Of a stretch of DNA of 64,000 nt, positions 59,601 to 64,000 are shown piece by piece; within the stretch, counting starts at the first letter, position 1; every line of letters starts with the position of its first letter. A program made the position numbers and the translations under genes. The stretch is from Tubulanus polymorphus (taxonomy: Eukaryota > Animalia > Nemertea): contig NC_134026.1 in assembly GCF_964204645.1 (NCBI RefSeq), forward strand, positions 12,733,950 to 12,797,949, written 5' to 3'. Under the pieces are notes generated by a model. That model did no database searches, was not told where the DNA came from, and saw only the letters and a program-made list of their open reading frames with translations.

Positions 59601-61731
59601 GGCTATTATGACCATCTGATATCAAAACTTGCGGGCGAACTCGGCCGATTGCTGGTAAAAAGCTCTTCTTAAACCACAGTGTTGCGATTCCCTATTATGA
59701 TAAAAATTATGGAAAGTTAGATAGATTAAAAGTAAGTTGTTGATTCCTGGTTATGTATAGGCCTATTATTTGTAACCTGCTTTGTCCATCCACTTTCAGA
59801 AACAGACACTGTAGTTCCGGGAGGTGCTCGATTGGAATCAACAGACTGCAGTGATGCTGCCGTTTTCCCTTTAAAAATTACATTCGGTGCTAGCATCTGC
59901 CCTGCCGCATTACCACAAGCCATGATGGTAATAGTTTCACGATTGCCACTAATGCGTGCCTGCACATATCTGCTTCCCTTTCTGTGAATGAAACACAATT
60001 CTTAGTCTTATTATCAAACCTTTATGAGATATCTGTTTTATATTTTCAGAGGACTTGGTGTGCATTTTATGACAAATTTACAGTTGTATTTGATTCAAAG
60101 GGTCATTGATTCCATTAAACTATGATAATAAATGCCACAATTGATACAATATGTTAGTTTATTTGCTGAAAGTTCGAGATTTTGACTAAAAAATTGGTTA
60201 AAAATCATGCATGATAGTGAAAAAATGTACGGGTATGTATAGGTATATATCTACATATTGCACTGAGGAATATTAGCCTACCTATCTATTGACACAATGT
60301 CTAGAATTATCATTGAGCTAATGTTCAATTTTCATACCTAGCAACTATTTTCCCAGGGACATGGGAAAACTGCAGGCCGGTTTCATCCATGTTCCAGATG
60401 TGCATTGGTTGAAGTCCTGCCAATGCACATTTTGCTGCTCCAAAAAACATCCCCACTTTTTTTACATTTATACACTGATGCCTGATGGCAGCAGTGCCTT
60501 CGGGCTTGCGCAGTGTTACTGACGGATTTCTGGATTTAAACCCAGCCCAAAACTGATCACTTGGGACAATCTAAAAGAAAAGACTGCATTATCAAATTCA
60601 TGCTTTCAAATAACAAATCCTAATGATGTTGGCTAATTGACAAGCACCTCCTTGAACGGTTTTCCACGTTTCAACGCAAGATCTCCAGCATATTTCAGGA
60701 AATTATTCTTTGAGAATCCGTATCCCAAATCAGCCCTGTTTTTGGCAAAATCGGCGAGCTTTTTCTCATCTGCCTCCGTTAAATGTGTCGGCCGGCCTAG
60801 TTTTGAATCTGCCGGTATTTTGCCACTAACACCGTCGTGCAGAGTTGATTTTGGAACTGCAAAATTCTTAGCCGCCGATAAAACTGATGAGCCATTTCTG
60901 AGGGACTCAATGGCTTCACGCATCTGAGCTTCCGTCCACTTTCGATACACTTTTGGCATTCTATAAAAAAGAAATGAAAACATGACCTTCTTTATTATGA
61001 ACCGAGGTGAAAGAAAATTTAAAAAAAATATTTCGTTAGGCCTGGATAGATTGTTTCTGTAATTTGTTATGACAGCCTAGACCAAGATCTTATTTTGACT
61101 GAATCTGGATGGTAGTAGCCCTACCTGAATTCATGAATGAATGAGCCTAGAGAAAATAGTTCTAAACCTGACTTTCTTTCTTTGATAGGCCTAACTAATC
61201 AGCATCACAGTCTTATTTAATGTGGATAACAGCTGTGTAAACATACGCGTAACTAATCTAACATAATTTCGGAACTTCCGAAATTATGTGGAAGAGCCGT
61301 GAAAGCTGGGTGTGGGATTTCCGAAATTGTGTAGGCGAGCGAGTTCTTGAAAATCGCCGTTTTTTTTTACGATGAGCGTATTCCGATAGAAAATGAATGT
61401 TTATAAACAAACTATCGACTTCCTAGAACTTCTTGGCAGTGTTTACGTATCGGCTGCCACGAAATTCCGTAAAAGCGGGGCGAATCAATAATTTACTTAC
61501 ATGACTGACTTTTTCGCCCTGCCGCGCTGATTTCGTGTGCCAGAAAGAAATGCGTACTACGTCATCAAAATGGCGCGGAATCCCGTGGAATTCCCGGGAA
61601 ATACCAACCTACCTCCCCTATATCTAATTTGGCCTAATCCACGTAGGTATTCCCTCTCCGCGACCGTGGAGATGCTGTAGAAAAAAAACTTCCGAATTTA
61701 TGTGGTCTTCCGAAATTACGTGGAGTTACCC
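56684..61731 (-). mobile_element. pogo/Fot-type (DD35D) Tc1/mariner DNA transposon, full length
   Basis: 25-bp perfect TIR GGGTAACTCCACGTAATTTCGGAAG; TA on both flanks; repeated ATAATTTCGGAA subterminal motifs. Confidence 0.93.
57629..60959 (-). CDS. Spliced pogo-like transposase (psq/CENP-B HTH + DDE_1)
   Basis: In-phase GT-AG exons 60959-60648, 60570-60338, 59981-59777, 59691-59504 and 59429-59183 give MPKVYRKW..., WNMDETG, SESGWT, DGHNSH and QPLDR; further small exons to the stop at 57629. Confidence 0.88.
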
Positions 61732-61787
61732 TAAGAGTTCGTCAATTCAGCCCTGAAAGACCGAAGAGCCGTCAAGAGAAGAGACAG

Positions 61788-63479
61788 ATGTACTACCACT
61801 TAGAGAAAGAAAGACGAAAAGGAGATAAGGAGGCTTATGAAGAATTTTTACGAAAAGATGCCGAACGTAAACGCCATTACCGCCAACAAATTTCCAGTGA
61901 GAAAAAAAAAGAGCTTGCAGAAAAGAGCAAATTAAGAATGCAAGATTATCGGCAAAGATTGAAAGAAAATAATGGGCGGCCAGTTACAACAAGAATGGCT
62001 CGTGAGAATTTGAGAAAATCTTGGCGGGAGTCCAAAAAAAGACTTCGAGAGAAACAAACTCCGCAATCGAAACGACGTGAACTCGAAAAAAGAAGAATGA
62101 ATTACCAATTGAAGAAAACACAAAATGAATCGAAAAAAGAACCTGTTAAGTCTGAATCAAGTTCCACAGTTGACACTGAAAAAGAAATTGTCAATAATAT
62201 CAAGAAAAATTTAAGAGCACATAAGGTATCAAAGAAGTACAGCAAATACAGAACATTAGTAACACTTGTGTGTGGAAAGTATAAAAACAGTCGCGCAGCT
62301 AGAGCCAAACTTGACATATCATATCAGCACTGGAAGTATGCCTCACTATTAGAAGAGAAACCTTATCGATGTGACAAATTGTCCGAAGAAAGACGAAATT
62401 TGATCAGAAAGTACTACTTAGAAAAATCGACGATTTTGCCAACTAAGAGAACCGTCTCCCGAAATGGTATTCAGAAATGTGTTCTGAGTGCCCCGATTAA
62501 GATGATCCATTCAGAATTCGGGGATTTTAAAGTAGGATTGTCAACATTCGCGAAGCTTCGTCCTAAAGAATGCCTGACTATGGATAGGAACAAATATAAT
62601 CGCTGTTTGTGTGAATACTGCATCAACATTGAGTTCAAATTAGATGCCATCAATAATTTAGCTCACAGAAAAGGAGTAAAAACAGCTGATGTTGGTAACA
62701 AGTTTCAATTGGTCAATACCAGTATGTGTCCTAAAATAAGGACCTCGGCATATCATGAACCTGCATGCATTAAGCGGACCTGTAATAAGTGCGGTCCTAA
62801 GCTTACAAGAAGTATCTTGAATGAAAGAAAACTGGATGGAAAGCTGCCCCTTCAATGGAAAAAATGGGTGGATGGTAATGAAAAAACCAAGGATGATAAA
62901 GATAAGAAGGTGAAGGTTTTGATGGAGAAAAATGGATCATTGAATGAGTTCATTGAAGAATTGTTGGTGGAATTGGTACCATTCGCTGAACATCTGTTCA
63001 ATGCCAGATGGCAAAACGATCAGTATAAATTGTTGAAAGAAAACCTACCACCAGGATGGGTGTTGACTGTGCAGGATTTCAGCCAAAACTATAGGACAAC
63101 ATACCAAGATGAAATACAATCAGTGTATTACCAATATAAACAGGCAACGCTGCATCCAACTGTTGCTGTCTATAGGTGTCCAAACTGCCAAGATCTTGTA
63201 GAAGAAAATATTTTCTTTGTATCAGATGACTTGAAACATGATGAATATGCCGTTGATTGGTTTAAAAGAAAGGTACATGATCATCTAAAAACACGTGGTG
63301 TTAAAATAGAACACGAAGTCCATTTTTCAGATGGATGTGCGAATCAATATAAAGGGAAAAACCTATTCTACTTAATGTCAGAATTCTCATTCATGCTCTA
63401 TCATTACAATCAATTCTCGGATAGCCGGGTAGCCTGTCGGATAGCCTACTTACTCGTTAACTTTTACTACTTAATCTGA
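61788..63479 (+). CDS. Sola2-like DDD transposase (main exon; C-terminus appears truncated near 63385)
   Basis: CLCEYCIN, QDFSQNY..QDEIQSVYY..QATLHP, SDDLKHD, FSDGCANQYK. Confidence 0.75.
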   Translation: MYYHLEKERRKGDKEAYEEFLRKDAERKRHYRQQISSEKKKELAEKSKLRMQDYRQRLKENNGRPVTTRMARENLRKSWRESKKRLREKQTPQSKRRELEKRRMNYQLKKTQNESKKEPVKSESSSTVDTEKEIVNNIKKNLRAHKVSKKYSKYRTLVTLVCGKYKNSRAARAKLDISYQHWKYASLLEEKPYRCDKLSEERRNLIRKYYLEKSTILPTKRTVSRNGIQKCVLSAPIKMIHSEFGDFKVGLSTFAKLRPKECLTMDRNKYNRCLCEYCINIEFKLDAINNLAHRKGVKTADVGNKFQLVNTSMCPKIRTSAYHEPACIKRTCNKCGPKLTRSILNERKLDGKLPLQWKKWVDGNEKTKDDKDKKVKVLMEKNGSLNEFIEELLVELVPFAEHLFNARWQNDQYKLLKENLPPGWVLTVQDFSQNYRTTYQDEIQSVYYQYKQATLHPTVAVYRCPNCQDLVEENIFFVSDDLKHDEYAVDWFKRKVHDHLKTRGVKIEHEVHFSDGCANQYKGKNLFYLMSEFSFMLYHYNQFSDSRVACRIAYLLVNFYYLI

Positions 63480-64000
63480 TTTACTTTAATGAAATAATGA
63501 ATAGTGCAATCTGGACCAGGGTTTGTAGTTATTGATGTGGCAATTTTTGTTAAGTTTTTTTGTTATTTCTTATTATTCTTAATAAACTTTTAAAAATAAT
63601 CTGTGTAAGTTGTTATGAGTGAGATTTCAGAGTAATTTTGAGCAACTGCGAAAATGCTATCATGCGCATAATGATATTACCCTAGTGAAAGTAAAACCAT
63701 TACACTATCCATCGTGGTGTTTGAAACAGTAGAACTTGCTTAATTCGGGACTGCCCAAAACCGGATTATTTTGAGTAAAATACATGTAATTTGAATGCAA
63801 TTAATCTAACTGTGCTAGAATATCTGTCCAGATAAAATGAAAAACTGATTATAAGAGATCCGGAGTAAGCAAGTTTTGTTGTTAGTATAATGTGCTGGTT
63901 GCCTCCAATGGACAACATATTCTTCCTGATATCAGCTTCTGTGTGTAGTTCAGGAGTCAGTTGCTCAAAAGTTCGTTAAAGATAACCAGTGGATAAATAC

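Larger units (their letters stand above)
54470..63385 (+). mobile_element. Sola2-like DNA transposon (left end and transposase), containing nested insertions
   Basis: Candidate terminus GAG at 54470 after an AT run; subterminal TTGTTACGTCC/GGA(C/T)GTAACA motifs; DFSQNY/SDGC transposase. Confidence 0.6.

Overview
Eukaryotic (animal, probably marine invertebrate) window made almost entirely of nested transposable elements and one endogenous virus; no host gene is recognisable. Left to right: a degenerate Gypsy LTR retrotransposon (minus strand), cut inside its tRNA-Leu PBS by a very AT-rich Polinton/Maverick (adintovirus-like) element. The Polinton starts with a 148-nt hairpin, encodes pPolB and a penton-like protein, and after an interruption continues with membrane proteins, major capsid, packaging ATPase, chromo-integrase and an HNH nuclease. 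It is interrupted by a full-length RTE-X-like LINE whose intact ORF1 carries an N-terminal DnaJ J-domain (HPD) plus PHD and SGNH esterase domains, with a Mutator-type non-autonomous element in its 5' UTR. Further right are a very young BEL/Pao element disabled by a 22-bp duplication, P-type MITEs, an L1/Tx1 ORF1 remnant, a second LINE 3' fragment with a 14-unit double-hairpin array, and a Sola2-like transposon with an intron-rich pogo element inserted in its exon 2. The best leads are the J-domain retrotransposon ORF1, the Polinton whose genes mostly start at a poxvirus-late-like (T)n-TAAATG motif with paired hairpins at the convergent junction, and the structured array in the LINE 3' UTR. Family names come from motif recognition by eye, not database searches.
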